Source: Octopus bimaculoides
Taxonomy: Eukaryota
Direction: 5' to 3'
Length of the DNA stretch: 64,000 nucleotides
NCBI RefSeq assembly: GCF_001194135.2
Contig: NC_068988.1
Coordinates: 9,037,687-9,101,686, forward strand
Under the pieces are notes generated by a model, which was given only the letters and a program-made list of their open reading frames with translations, was not told where the DNA came from and did no database searches. Positions 40,183-51,330 of the stretch are shown in pieces. How positions within the stretch are numbered: the first letter of the stretch is position 1; every line of letters begins with the position of its first letter. The translations under genes were made by a program, and so were the position numbers.

Positions 40183-40568
40183 GCAGGAGTGGCTGTGTGG
40201 TAAGTAGCTTGCTTACCAACCACATGGTTCTGGGTTCAGTCCCACTGCATGGCACCTTGGGTAAGTGTCTTCTACTACAGCGTCAGGTCGATCAAAGCCT
40301 TGTGAGTGGATTTGGTAGACGAAAACTGAAAGAAGCCTGTCGTATATATGTATGTGTGTGTATGTGTTTGTGTGCCTGTGTTTGTCCCACAACATCACTT
40401 GACAACCGATGCCGGTGTGTTTACGTCCCTGTAACTTAGCGATTTGGCAAAAGAGACCAATAGAATAAGTACTAGGCTTAAAAAGAATAAGTCCTGGGGG
40501 TCGATTTCTTCGACTAAAAGCGGTGCTCCAGCATGGCCGCAGTCAAATGACTGAAACAAGTAAAAGAG
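40183..40568 (+). mobile_element. SINE AB, full length (reference copy); a second B module follows at 40716-40920
   Basis: gcaggagtggctgtgtggtaag...gggttcagtccc...(ta/tg)n...cagcatggccgcagtcaaatgactgaaacaagtaaaagag. Confidence 0.9.
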
Positions 40569-40685
40569 AATATATATNNNNNNNNNNNNNNNNNNNNNNN
40601 NNNNNNNNNNNNNNNNNNNNNNNNNNNNNNNNNNNNNNNNNNNNNNNNNNNNNNNNNNNNNNNNNNNNNNNNNNNNNNNNNNNNN

Positions 40686-40717
<32 letters not shown>

Positions 40718-41547
40718 GTGTGTCTTTGTTCCACCCATCATTGCTGACAACCAGTGTTGGTGTGTTTATGTCCCCACAGCTTAGTGCTTTGGCAAAAGAA
40801 GCAAACAGGATAAGTACTAGGCTTTAAAAAAAAAGTACTGGGGTTGATTCGATCGAGTAAACCCCTCCAGGCCGGTTTCTCAGAATGGCTGCAGTCCAAT
40901 GACTGAAGCAAGTAAAAGGTAAATGATATATATGCATGCATGCAGGCACAGACACACAGAGAACTGCCTGGTGTATACGTAAACTGTGTAATTCAATAAG
41001 ATGCACACAGCAGCGGAATGTACAGGAAACTCAGTAATGGAGGAAAATTAATTTTTGAGAACTCATTTATTGTAAGGTGCGTGCGTGTGTGTGTGTGTGT
41101 GTGTGTGTGTATACTATAACAAGCCATTAGGGAGCTTGTATGTAAGATTTCTAGATATAGCTTACACACAGAAGAATGTATGTGTGTGTTCTATAAAAAT
41201 AGGGATATTACAGATTCTGTAATAAACAATGTGTGTGTAGATGTATGTATAAAGTACATATATATTGTATATAACATACACACACTCAAATATATATATA
41301 CACACACACACATGCACACAGATGTATACAGGCATATAATACGCATGTATCTACGTATATAATACACCCATATGCATATGTGTGTATGTATGTGTACATA
41401 TATATATGATCATCATGTATATATACATATGCATACATATATACATGCATACATATATATACATACGCACACATATACACATGCACAATACACACACAAA
41501 TACATATATAATACACACATATACATATGTGTATGTATATTTACATA

Positions 41548-41596
<49 letters not shown>

Positions 41597-41625
41597 TCAT
41601 GATCATGATCATCATTGTGTGTGTG

Positions 41626-41663
<38 letters not shown>

Positions 41664-42042
41664 CTGCAAACCATAAGTGTGTGTTAGAGAGGCTGTACGC
41701 CATATTGCTCAATATAAAATCCACTTACAATCTATTAGAGAATGTGGATGCAATATTTCTCGATGTAGAATAGAACAGCCTCGGGACAATGGTACCCCTC
41801 CATCACTATTTCCCCATCCAATATTCCATAATAGTACTTGTAAATTGGTAAACTGATTTCCCTAGCACCATTTATTATGAAACCTCACCCATCAGTCAAT
41901 CACAGCATGGTCGGTGTCATGTATACCAACTTAGAACAGAAACTATGTGATAACCCATAAAATTGAATATTGGTCCTTCAGTTTTGGTGATGCCTATTCA
42001 GGCGTTCATTGAATTATCTTATAAGTAGCTGAGTACTCCACA

Positions 42043-42073
<31 letters not shown>

Positions 42074-42424
42074 NNNNNNNNNNAAGCTAAGCAAGGTAAT
42101 ACTTTCCTATCAGCAGCAAAGTAATATTTCCCCAGTACCAGATGTCAGGGCAGGGATCTCCCCACAGGCTGATGTGACCTGCTTCTTGAGCGTTGCCGTT
42201 GCCAGTACCGCCTGACTGGCCCTCATGCCGGTGGCATGTAAAAGCACCCACTACGCTCTCGGAGTGGTTAAAGTTAGGAAGGGCATCCAGCTGTAGAAAC
42301 TCTGCCAGATCAGATTGGAGCCTGGTGTAGCCATCTGGTTCACCAGTTCTCAGTCAAATCGTCCAACCCATGCTAGCATGGAAAGCAGACGTTAAACGAT
42401 GATGATGATGATGATGATTATTAT

Positions 42425-43190
42425 TTTCTCTTTGTCACAGATTTTGTTGGAAATCCTGGAGTCCTGTATGCGTAGGGGGCTTACTACCTGCAGCCTACGG
42501 TACCCTACTATCCACTCTTTTCAGTTATCTAATCCTTTCCTGATTATTCTGGCTGTGCCAAGGAGGCAAACCTTTTGTAACAATTCTACTGGGAACTCTA
42601 TTCCAATTTCCTTTATATTCCTCTTGGTGCCTTCTGATACTGTTCCCAAGGACCGAACAATAATTGGTACTATAGTTACTTTCTTCATTTTCCATAGCCA
42701 GGCTATTTCGTACTTAAGAAGGTTGTATTTATCTATCTATCTATCAACCAATCAACCTACCTATCTATCTTGTACCTTTAAAAAAAAAAAAAACCTGAGG
42801 TGACCGTGGTCTTTTCCGTAGGCTTTTCTCTCCGCGGACAAACTTAATCTGTTTCCCCCTTTTCACATTGACTATGATACACGATCCCTATTGATCGGCT
42901 TTGCTCAAACTCCCCCCACCCAATTCCTTTTGATTGAAATCTTCCCCCCCTTTTTTTGTCCCCCAAAAGAAAAGCCCTACATCGTATTTTGTCCATTTTC
43001 TGTATTTAGCCCTGTGTGGCCATAATAAAAAGATATCTATCTATCTATCTTTATGCCATCTTTCTTGACTATTCATGGGTCAAAGGGGCATGCAACATGA
43101 ACTATATAACATATGTGGTTCACCTTATCCAGCACCACTAGCACCAGTCTGTTATGTTCCAGCACCTGATCTCTTTGGACTGAGAAGCAT
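42425..43190 (-). mobile_element. R4/Dong-clade non-LTR retrotransposon 3' fragment (restriction-like endonuclease domain and C-terminus), interrupted at about 42730-43050
   Basis: Minus strand VQRDQVLEHNRLVLVVLDKVNHICYIVHVACPFDP*IVKKDGIK | DKYNLLKYEIAWLWKMKKVTIVPIIVRSLGTVS...IKEIGIE..VELLQKVCLLGTARIIRKGLDN* (stop at 42521-42523). This matches the HNRPDIVV..DVACPFD..K and LQK..LLGTARI.RK motifs. Confidence 0.85.
42750..43050 (+). mobile_element. Tx1-type LINE 3' UTR fragment with (TATC)n tail, inserted in an R4-like element
   Basis: Ends tttagccctgtgtggccataataaaaaga(tatc)n; interrupts a continuous REL reading frame. Confidence 0.6.
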
Positions 43191-43199
43191 AATCATCAT

Positions 43200-43480
43200 T
43201 GTTATTATTTTTATTATTCACACAACAGATTAGATTGTTGGAAAAAAAAAATTCGTAACATCAGGCTACAACATGAAATGTTAAATGCCAAGAACCCCCC
43301 CTAAGCATCCTATCTGACCCTAATAACACTGTTTTCTGCAGCTGTACTAAACTGGGTTTTATGCCTATTTCCTCTATCCATCTGTTCAAATGTTTAGGGA
43401 TAGTTGCCAATGCACCTATAACTACTGGGATACATTTTCCCAGCACTTTCTATAGAGTCTGTAATTCAATGGCTAGGTGC
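43200..43480 (-). mobile_element. Second R4/Dong-like 3' fragment
   Basis: IPVVIGALATIPKHLNRWIEEIGIKPSLVQLQKTVLLGSDRMLR, then a UTR ending in aataat. Confidence 0.8.
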
Positions 43481-43515
43481 TGGTACTTGGCTATTTTTTT
43501 CTATATCTCTCATTG

Positions 43516-43559
<44 letters not shown>

Positions 43560-43566
<7 letters not shown>

Positions 43567-43660
43567 ATACACTCAACAAATTAGACTGTTGGAAAAGAAA
43601 AGCATCCAAACAGAGGGCTACAACACGTAGCCTTAGATACCAAGAACCCTCCCACTGGAT
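43560..43660 (-). mobile_element. R4-like 3' UTR fragment with (TAA)n tail
   Basis: gggttcttggtatc...tgttgtagcc...ttttccaaca.tctaat is homologous to 43215-43300 and is followed by (taa)n. Confidence 0.6.
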
Positions 43661-43683
43661 TATCATCATCATCATTATTATTA

Positions 43684-43720
<37 letters not shown>

Positions 43721-43740
43721 CATCATCATCATTATCATTA

Positions 43741-43960
43741 AGGCAGCAAGGTGGCAGAATTGTTAGCACACCAGGCAAAATGCTTAGCGGCATTTCGTCT
43801 GTCTTCACATTCTAAGTTCAAATTCTGCCAAGGTGTCTTTGCCTTTCACCCTTTTGGAATCGATAAAATAAGTAACAGTTGAACACAGGGACCGATCGAT
43901 GTAATCGACTAGTCCCCTCCCCACCAAATTTCAGGCCTTGTGTCAATATTAGAAAGGATT
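43741..43960 (+). mobile_element. SINE D, full length, fused to a Tx1 RT fragment
   Basis: Head at 43741; tail agaaaggatt joins ttggccaag with no (TTA)n tail. Confidence 0.85.
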
Positions 43961-44822
43961 TTGGCCAAGGTGTTAGCCAAGAGGTTGGCACTTATCGTGG
44001 ACAAACTGGTTGGCAAGGAGCAAACTCGCGCTATCTCAATCAATATTATTCACGATAATCTCCATCTTATGCATTGCATCATAGAGAAGGTGGGTAACAA
44101 AGATGGCATGGGCAGGGCTCTGATCAATTTAGATCAATCAAGCTTTTGATAGGGTCAACCATCAATACTTGGTAGCTGTCCTCAGGGCAGCCGGTTTCGG
44201 TACAGTTTTCCACAGTTGGATCGTTGCTTTGTACAGCGGCATCTGTTCGGTTGTTTGCGTGAATGGTTACCTGTTGGAGCCATTCAGCATCTTGCGTTCG
44301 GTCCATCAAGAGTGCCCTCTCTCCTTCCTTCTTTATGAACTACTGACTTTTGAGCCATTACTGTGGAAGTTGGAGGCTTTGAGGGGTCCCGCATGACCTA
44401 GGATGTTGGAGAAGTGTGTCTGCTTATGCTGACGATGTCACCGTCGTAGTGTCAAACCACAGGCGTATCGACCTGATTGGCAAAACACTACAGGAATATG
44501 AAGCAGTGACAGGAGCAAAAATTAACACGGAAATGTCAGTGGGCTTGCAACTTGGCACCTGGAGAGGCAAGTCCATGCCGTCCAATAGTGTGGTGGGGAA
44601 CTGAACAGATGGTCCTGAGTAGAATAGCCAATCTCAGCCAGAAACGGGCCGAGGGAAAGCTGTTCCTGAAAGGTTGAGTGGAGGTGGCGAATGCGTACAT
44701 TGCATCTGTCATCTGTTACCGCTTGGCCATCGTCCCTTGCTGTTTTCTGGTTGACCAAGCTGGTGCGCTTATTCTTCCGCTTTCTGTGGAGGGGGCCCAT
44801 TCCACTGGTCAGGTGCTTCATC
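43958..44822 (+). mobile_element. Decayed Tx1/L1-clade LINE reverse transcriptase fragment, 5'-truncated
   Basis: ILAKVLAKRL...EQT...DNLHL...ALINLDQ-AFDRVNHQYL...GFG..F..WI..LY...VNG...PF.I.R.V.Q.CPLS.LLY...VSAYADDVT...GAKIN...KLVRLFFRFLW, with frameshifts and stops. Confidence 0.9.
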
Positions 44823-44844
44823 GGCACAGCCACTCCTGCGCCTA

Positions 44845-44969
44845 ATCTTAATTGTTATTTAAATTGTTTATACTGGAAACCCATTGTATCATCTTGTTTT
44901 TGTCTGTTAGGCTGCTGTACGTCTTTCAATGTAATTTTATGTGAGCCCTTGTGGCTAATAAAAGAATAA

Positions 44970-45012
<43 letters not shown>
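44845..45012 (+). mobile_element. Tx1-type LINE 3' end with (TTA)n tail
   Basis: Ends gcccttgtggctaataaaagaataaa(tta)n; co-oriented with the RT fragment; the same terminus recurs elsewhere in the window. Confidence 0.65.
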
Positions 45013-45014
<2 letters not shown>

Positions 45015-45284
45015 TGGTAGCAATATTGTCAGTAACATATCGTCCAACCTCTTCCTTTATCATTAACAAATAATTAAGACGAGTTAGTAGCATTAATACA
45101 TTAAGTGGATCCTCCAAATGTTAAGCTTTCAGTAACGAGGTGGAGAAAGAAAAGCAAGTGTTTAATTACCTCCTCCCACCCCCACCCCCACCACATAATT
45201 CGGTTAATACAGATTATGAAGATTAATTTGGAGTCGATTTTAGCTTCCGTCGTCTTTTTTGATATTACTGTAGTCATCTGTGTG

Positions 45285-45700
45285 TGTGTGTGTGTATGTG
45301 TGTGCAAAGGAGAGTGTGTATGTGTGCATGTGTGAGTATATCAGTATGTGTGTGTGTGCATGTGTGTATGTGTTTGCGCATGTGAGTATGTACATGTATG
45401 AGCATGTGTGCATGTGTGTATGCATGTGTGTGAGTGTGTGCCTGTGTGAGAGAGCATGTATGCACGCGAATGCATGTGTGAGAACACAAGCATGTATGTG
45501 TGTATGTGCATGCGTGTGAGTATGTATATGTGCGAGCATGCATGTGTGCATATGTGTATGCATGTGTGAGAAAGTACATATGCATGCATGCATGTGTATA
45601 TGTGCATATATGTGTGACTGTGTGAGAGAGCACATATGCATGTGAATGCATGTGTGCATGCAGGAATATGTGTGTACATACACGTGCAGATGCATGTAAG
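45285..45700. repeat. Cryptic (TG/CA/TA) alternating purine-pyrimidine tract
   Basis: About 410 bp of degenerate dinucleotide repeat. Confidence 0.85.
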
Positions 45701-46009
45701 CATTTTTTTAGTTTTGATTTTGGGTTGTTTTTATTATTTTTTTTTTTTTTGCATTTTACAAAGCATTTATTTATTAGCTGAACTGTTCAAGAATATTTCC
45801 TAAGATTCCTCATTTTTCCACATTTTCTGAAGCACCCTCTCCCCACCCCAACATAATTTGCCACCCTCATTCTCCCCCCTCTCTCTTTCTCTAATATTTC
45901 ACAGTTTTAATGAGGTAATCACTTCCAGACTATTTTTTAAAACTATATTAATTATCATCATCATCATCATCATCATTATTATCATTATATTGTTATTATT
46001 ATCATTATA

Positions 46010-46080
<71 letters not shown>

Positions 46081-46546
46081 CAAAATGCCTTCCTCCGTTT
46101 CTTTGCAATAATCTTGTAATCTGCACTAAGCTGAAAACTGAAAGTAAAATCATTAAGCTGTTGTTGTTCTTGTTGCTGGTGTTTTCTTTTTCTTGTTTTT
46201 GCCACTACCATCATCATCATCACCACCAACATCACATTCATCTATTAGCAGCTGTAACGTCATCATCATCATCACCATCACCATCATCTTCATCATCGCC
46301 GCAATCACCGATACCAGCTGCAACCACCATTAATGTCATGTCAGTCAGTATCATGATGACGATGATGATGATGATGATCATCATCATCATAATAATCACC
46401 ATCACTTTCATCATCATCATCATCATCTTCGATATCACTGCATTTGACCATAACTCCCTCCCTCCCACCACCACCACCAGCAAGAAAAATTATGTTCAAA
46501 ACAATAACAACAATGATAATAATAATGATGATGGTGATGATGATGG

Positions 46547-46595
<49 letters not shown>

Positions 46596-46955
46596 GATGA
46601 TGATAAATTGATTTTCAAAGTTTATTGTTTGAGATTAGCTCTTTGATGGTTAATGCTGTAGTTGTTGAGTATAAAAAAAAATATACATATACACAGTTGC
46701 TGTGTGTAGCAATCAGTTATACATACCTGAGAGAAATCAATATCTCCAGGTCGGTGTGTGTATATGTGTGTGTGTGAGCGCGTGTGTGTATACATATGCG
46801 TGTGTGGTTTTGAATCTGTTCGATTGTCAGTGTTATGAATGCATGTTAATGTATTCACGAGTATGTATATACAAATGCATGCGTTTGTGTATGTACGTTG
46901 GTCTGCATGTATATATGCATGTATGTGTGCATTTATGCATGCGTATATGTAGGGA

Positions 46956-46993
<38 letters not shown>

Positions 46994-48444
46994 ACCATCG
47001 TCGTCGTCATCATCGTTTAACGTTCACTTTCCATGCTGGCATGGGTTGGACAGGTGATGATATTATATATATATATATATATATATGGTGTATGTGTATT
47101 TATGAGCAAATTGTCCTACATCCCCTGCATATATTCAAAATAGATGGGATGGTCATGGTTAGAGCATCTTTGATCATAGGCCTGTTCAACCGGTACTGAC
47201 CCAGGGTTAAAGAACAACCAACAATAAGCACTACCACATCATAAAGGTTACTATCAATACCACCTGCAACTACCACCAACACCACTACCATCAATAGTTA
47301 CTCCAACCACCAGCACTGCCTTAAATCCATAATAACAAACAGCTTCACTAGTTACTCCAGCCATGGCCACCACCACTAATAGCATCACTAGCTATTTACA
47401 AGTATAGTGCTGGTGCCATGTAAAAGGTTCACAGAACACTCTGTGAAGTGGTGGGCATTAGGATGGGAATCAGGTTTTAGAAATCATGCCAGGACAGATA
47501 ATTGGTGCCTGGTTTGTGTCCCCCACCCCACCCCGTTAGCCTTAACAACCCATGCCAGCATGGAAACCAGGTGATAAATGATGAAAGATCACTACTGCTG
47601 TTGCCAATAATTATTACTGCCATCAATGGTGACACAACCACCACCACCACCTTTACTAACATGACCAACCCCAACATCACAGGTTGCTACAACAAGCATA
47701 CCATCACCACCAACAATTACCACCATCACCACCGCCGTCACCACCACCACCACCAACAACAACAACATCACCACTAGCTATTTACAACCACCAACATCAG
47801 GATCACCACCATTACTAGCATCAACAACAACAACAACAACAACAACAATAACACCAATATCACAGGCTGCTACAACAAGCATGCCACCCCCACCACTAGC
47901 AACAACAGCAACAACAACATCACCAATAGCTATTTACAACTACCAACATCACCACAACCACGACCACCACCACTGTCATAAATCTCATCACGATGTAGAA
48001 AACATGCCTACAGCTTCCCGCCAGACTATATTATTCACGTGAGATTCAATATAGCTTATTGATAGATATTGATAGACTTGGTATTTTGCAGAGGTGACAT
48101 GTCCACCAAATCGGTAAAAATACCAGGAACGCTATCTGCCGAAGAATTCATATCTGCTGCCACTGCTACTGTGAATATATTACGATCTGTCATCTCCAGT
48201 CAATACACTTCTCCCTAATGTACCTCATTTCACCCTCTGATGCTGTTCCTTTGAAATAAAGTGGAGGAGGTGTGTGGTTTAGTGGTTACAGTGTTGCACT
48301 CATAATTGTAAGATTGTGGTTTCGATTCCTGGACTGGGCAATGCATTGTGTTCTTGAGCAAAGCACTTCATTTCATGTTAGTCCAGTCCACTTTTGCCAG
48401 TTCACCACCTTAATAATAATAATAATAATGATAATAATAATAAT

Positions 48445-49073
48445 AATCCTTTCTGCTATAGGCACAAGGCCTGAAATTTGTGGGGAGGGGACTAGATGAC
48501 TACATCGACCCCAGTGTTTCACTGGTGCTTAGTTTACCGACACCGAAAGGATGAAATCAAAGCCGACCTCAGCAGAATTTGAACTCAGAACATGACCGAT
48601 AAAATACCGCTTAGCATTTCAGCCAGCATACTTAACGATTCTGCCAGCTTGACACCTTAATTAATGATAGCGATAATCCTTTCTACTATAGGCACAAGGC
48701 CTGAAATTTAGGGGGAGGGGGTAAGTCGATTACATTGACCCCCAGTGCATAAGTGATACTTAGTTAACTGACCCCACCGAAAAAATGAAAGGCAAAGTTG
48801 ACCTTGGCAGAATTTGAACTCAGAACATAGCAACAGATGAAAATACCTATTTCTTTACTGCCCACAAGGGGCTACACACAGAGGGGACAAACAAGTGGAT
48901 TAAGTCGATTTTATCGACCCCAGTGCGTAACTGGTACTTATTTAATCGACCCCGAAAGGATGAAAGGCAAAGTCGACCTCGGCGGAATTTGAACTCAGAA
49001 CGCAGTGGCAGACGAAATACCGCTAAGCATTTGGCCCGGCGTGCTAACCATTCTGCCAGCTCGCCGCCTTAAT

Positions 49074-49109
<36 letters not shown>

Positions 49110-49645
49110 AATAATAATAATAACGATTACGGTTTCAGAATCTAGCACAAAACCAGCAAGTTTGGGGAAGGGGTGCCACGTTGATTACATTGCACCCCAA
49201 GGCTTGACCAAGTGCCTATTTCCTTGGTACAAAAAGGACGAAAGGTAAAGTCGACCTTGGTGGAATTTGAACTCTGACCATAAAGATGAATAAAATATTG
49301 CTAAGCATTTCTGCCAGCACTGTAATGATTCTCCCAGCTTGCCACCTTAAGTCCTACATTAATACTGGTTAAGAATTTTGGCACGAGGACAGGAAGTCGT
49401 GGGGAGGGCCCGGGTTGATTACACCAACCTCAGTGCTCCGGCAGTACTTATTTCATCAACCCAAAGTCTGGGACACGGCCAGAGAGTCCAAGGGAGGGGA
49501 CTGAATCGATTGTATCAACCCCAGTGCTCAGATGGTACCTGTTTCAACAACCAAACCACAGCGTCTGAACTGAGAATGTAAATATGGACGAAATGTCGCT
49601 AAGCATTTTTCCCAGCATAGTAACGATTCTGCCAGCTCGCAACAT
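48445..49645 (-). mobile_element. Head-to-tail array of about six SINE D copies, including a variant-tail copy at 48848-49070
   Basis: Units at about 48445, 48675, 48848, 49125, 49365 and 49490, all in the same orientation. Confidence 0.85.
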
Positions 49646-49755
49646 CGAGTCCTGCATTAATATTGGCAACTATCGTCACCGATATTGGCAAGTTGCAGCA
49701 ATCTTCAGACATGAATTATTATTTTTTTTTTTAATATTAGTTCTTCCCACCAAAA

Positions 49756-49838
<83 letters not shown>

Positions 49839-50824
49839 NNNNNNNNNNNNNNNNNNNNNNNNNNNNNNNNNNNNNNNNNNNNNNNNNNNNNNNNNNNNNN
49901 NNNNNNNNNNNNNNNNNNNNNNNNNNNNNNNNNNNNNNNNNNNNNNNNNNNNNNNNNNNNNNNNNNNNNNNNNNNNNNNNNNNNNNNNNNNNNNNNNNNN
50001 NNNNNNNNNNNNNNNNNNNNNNNNNNNNNNNNNNNNNNNNNNNNNNNNNNNNNNNNNNNNNNNNNNNNNNNNNNNNNNNNNNNNNNNNNNNNNNNNNNNN
50101 NNNNNNNNNNNNNNNNNNNNNNNNNNNNNNNNNNNNNNNNNNNNNNNNNNNNNNNNNNNNNNNNNNNNNNNNNNNNNNNNNNNNNNNNNNNNNNNNNNNN
50201 NNNNNNNNNNNNNNNNNNNNNNNNNNNNNNNNNNNNNNNNNNNNNNAAAAAAAAAAAAAAAAAAAATAATAATAATAAAAATAGAAATAATAAAAAAAAG
50301 TTAGCTTGAAGGAAATCAGATAGGATTCAGCAGATAAAATCCGCACAAAAACAGTGGAAGCGTGTGTCTGTCTGTTTGTCTTTCATACGCATCTCTCTAT
50401 CTGGGCCCAGTATCATCCATTAGTAAATATGAAAGGGGGATGGCAGAGAAGGAGAGAGAGAGGGAGAGAGAGAGAGAGAAATAGATGAGAAAGAGAGAGA
50501 GAGAGAGAGTGAGGAAGGAGAGAGGATAGTGAGAGAGAGTAGAGAGAGAGGAAAGGGGGGACAGAGAAAGGTGATAGGAGAGAGAAAGAGAGAATAGAGA
50601 GAGAGAGAGAGAGGAAAAGGAGGATAGAGAAAGGTGAGTGAGAGAGTGAGGGAAAAAGGGTAAGAGAGAGGGAAATAGAAAGGGAGAAAGAAAAACAGAG
50701 GGGACGGGACAAGAGAGGAGAGTGAGGAAAGAGAGAACAGAGAAGAGAGGGAGGGAAAGAGAAAGGAGGAGGGGGAAGGGAAGAGAGAGAGTGAGGAAAG
50801 AGAAACAGAGAAGTGAGAGGGAGG

Positions 50825-51003
50825 GAAAACGGAGGGGATTAAGTCGATTATATTGACCCCTGTGTGTAACTGGTACTTTTTTAATTAACCCAGAAAGGAT
50901 GAAAGGCAAAGTCAACCTCGGCGAAATTTGAACTCAGAACGTAACGACAGATGAAATACCACTAAGCATTTTGCCCGGCGTGCTAACAATTCTGCCAGCT
51001 CGC
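50825..51003 (-). mobile_element. SINE D (variant ggattaagtcgattata type)
   Basis: D motifs. Confidence 0.85.
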
Positions 51004-51017
51004 CTGTACCATCATTA

Positions 51018-51330
51018 GTGAAGGTCCTCGGCTTAGTAGTTAGGGTTGTCAGCTTATAATCCTAAGGCTGTGAGTTCAATTCCCAGGGATGCGCTAGCCA
51101 CTTTATTTTTTGTTGTTCCAGTCCATTCACCTAGCAAAAAAGAATTGCACCTGTATTTCAAAGGGCCAGCCTTGTCACATTTGGGTTCCTCATGTTGTAT
51201 CCTCCCGAGAACTACGTTAAGGGTATGTGCGTGTCTATGGATGATTCAGCCACTTGTAAATTAATTTCAAGAGCAGGCTTTTCCACCGATCGGATCAACT
51301 GGAACTCTTGTCGTCGTAACCGACGGAATG
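51018..51330 (+). mobile_element. SINE E; partial E copies also at 17530-17695(-), 20195-20310(+), 25505-25615(-) and 48259-48395(+)
   Basis: tRNA-like head, plus a tail gggccagccttgtcaca...gagaactacgttaaggg...gatcggatcaactggaac matching the reverse complement of 17075-17240. Confidence 0.75.

Noticed and set aside
48090-48220. Short plus-strand frame MSTKSVKIPGTLSAEEFISAATATVNILRSVISSQ
   Set aside because: Only a faint resemblance to R4 C-termini; too weak to call
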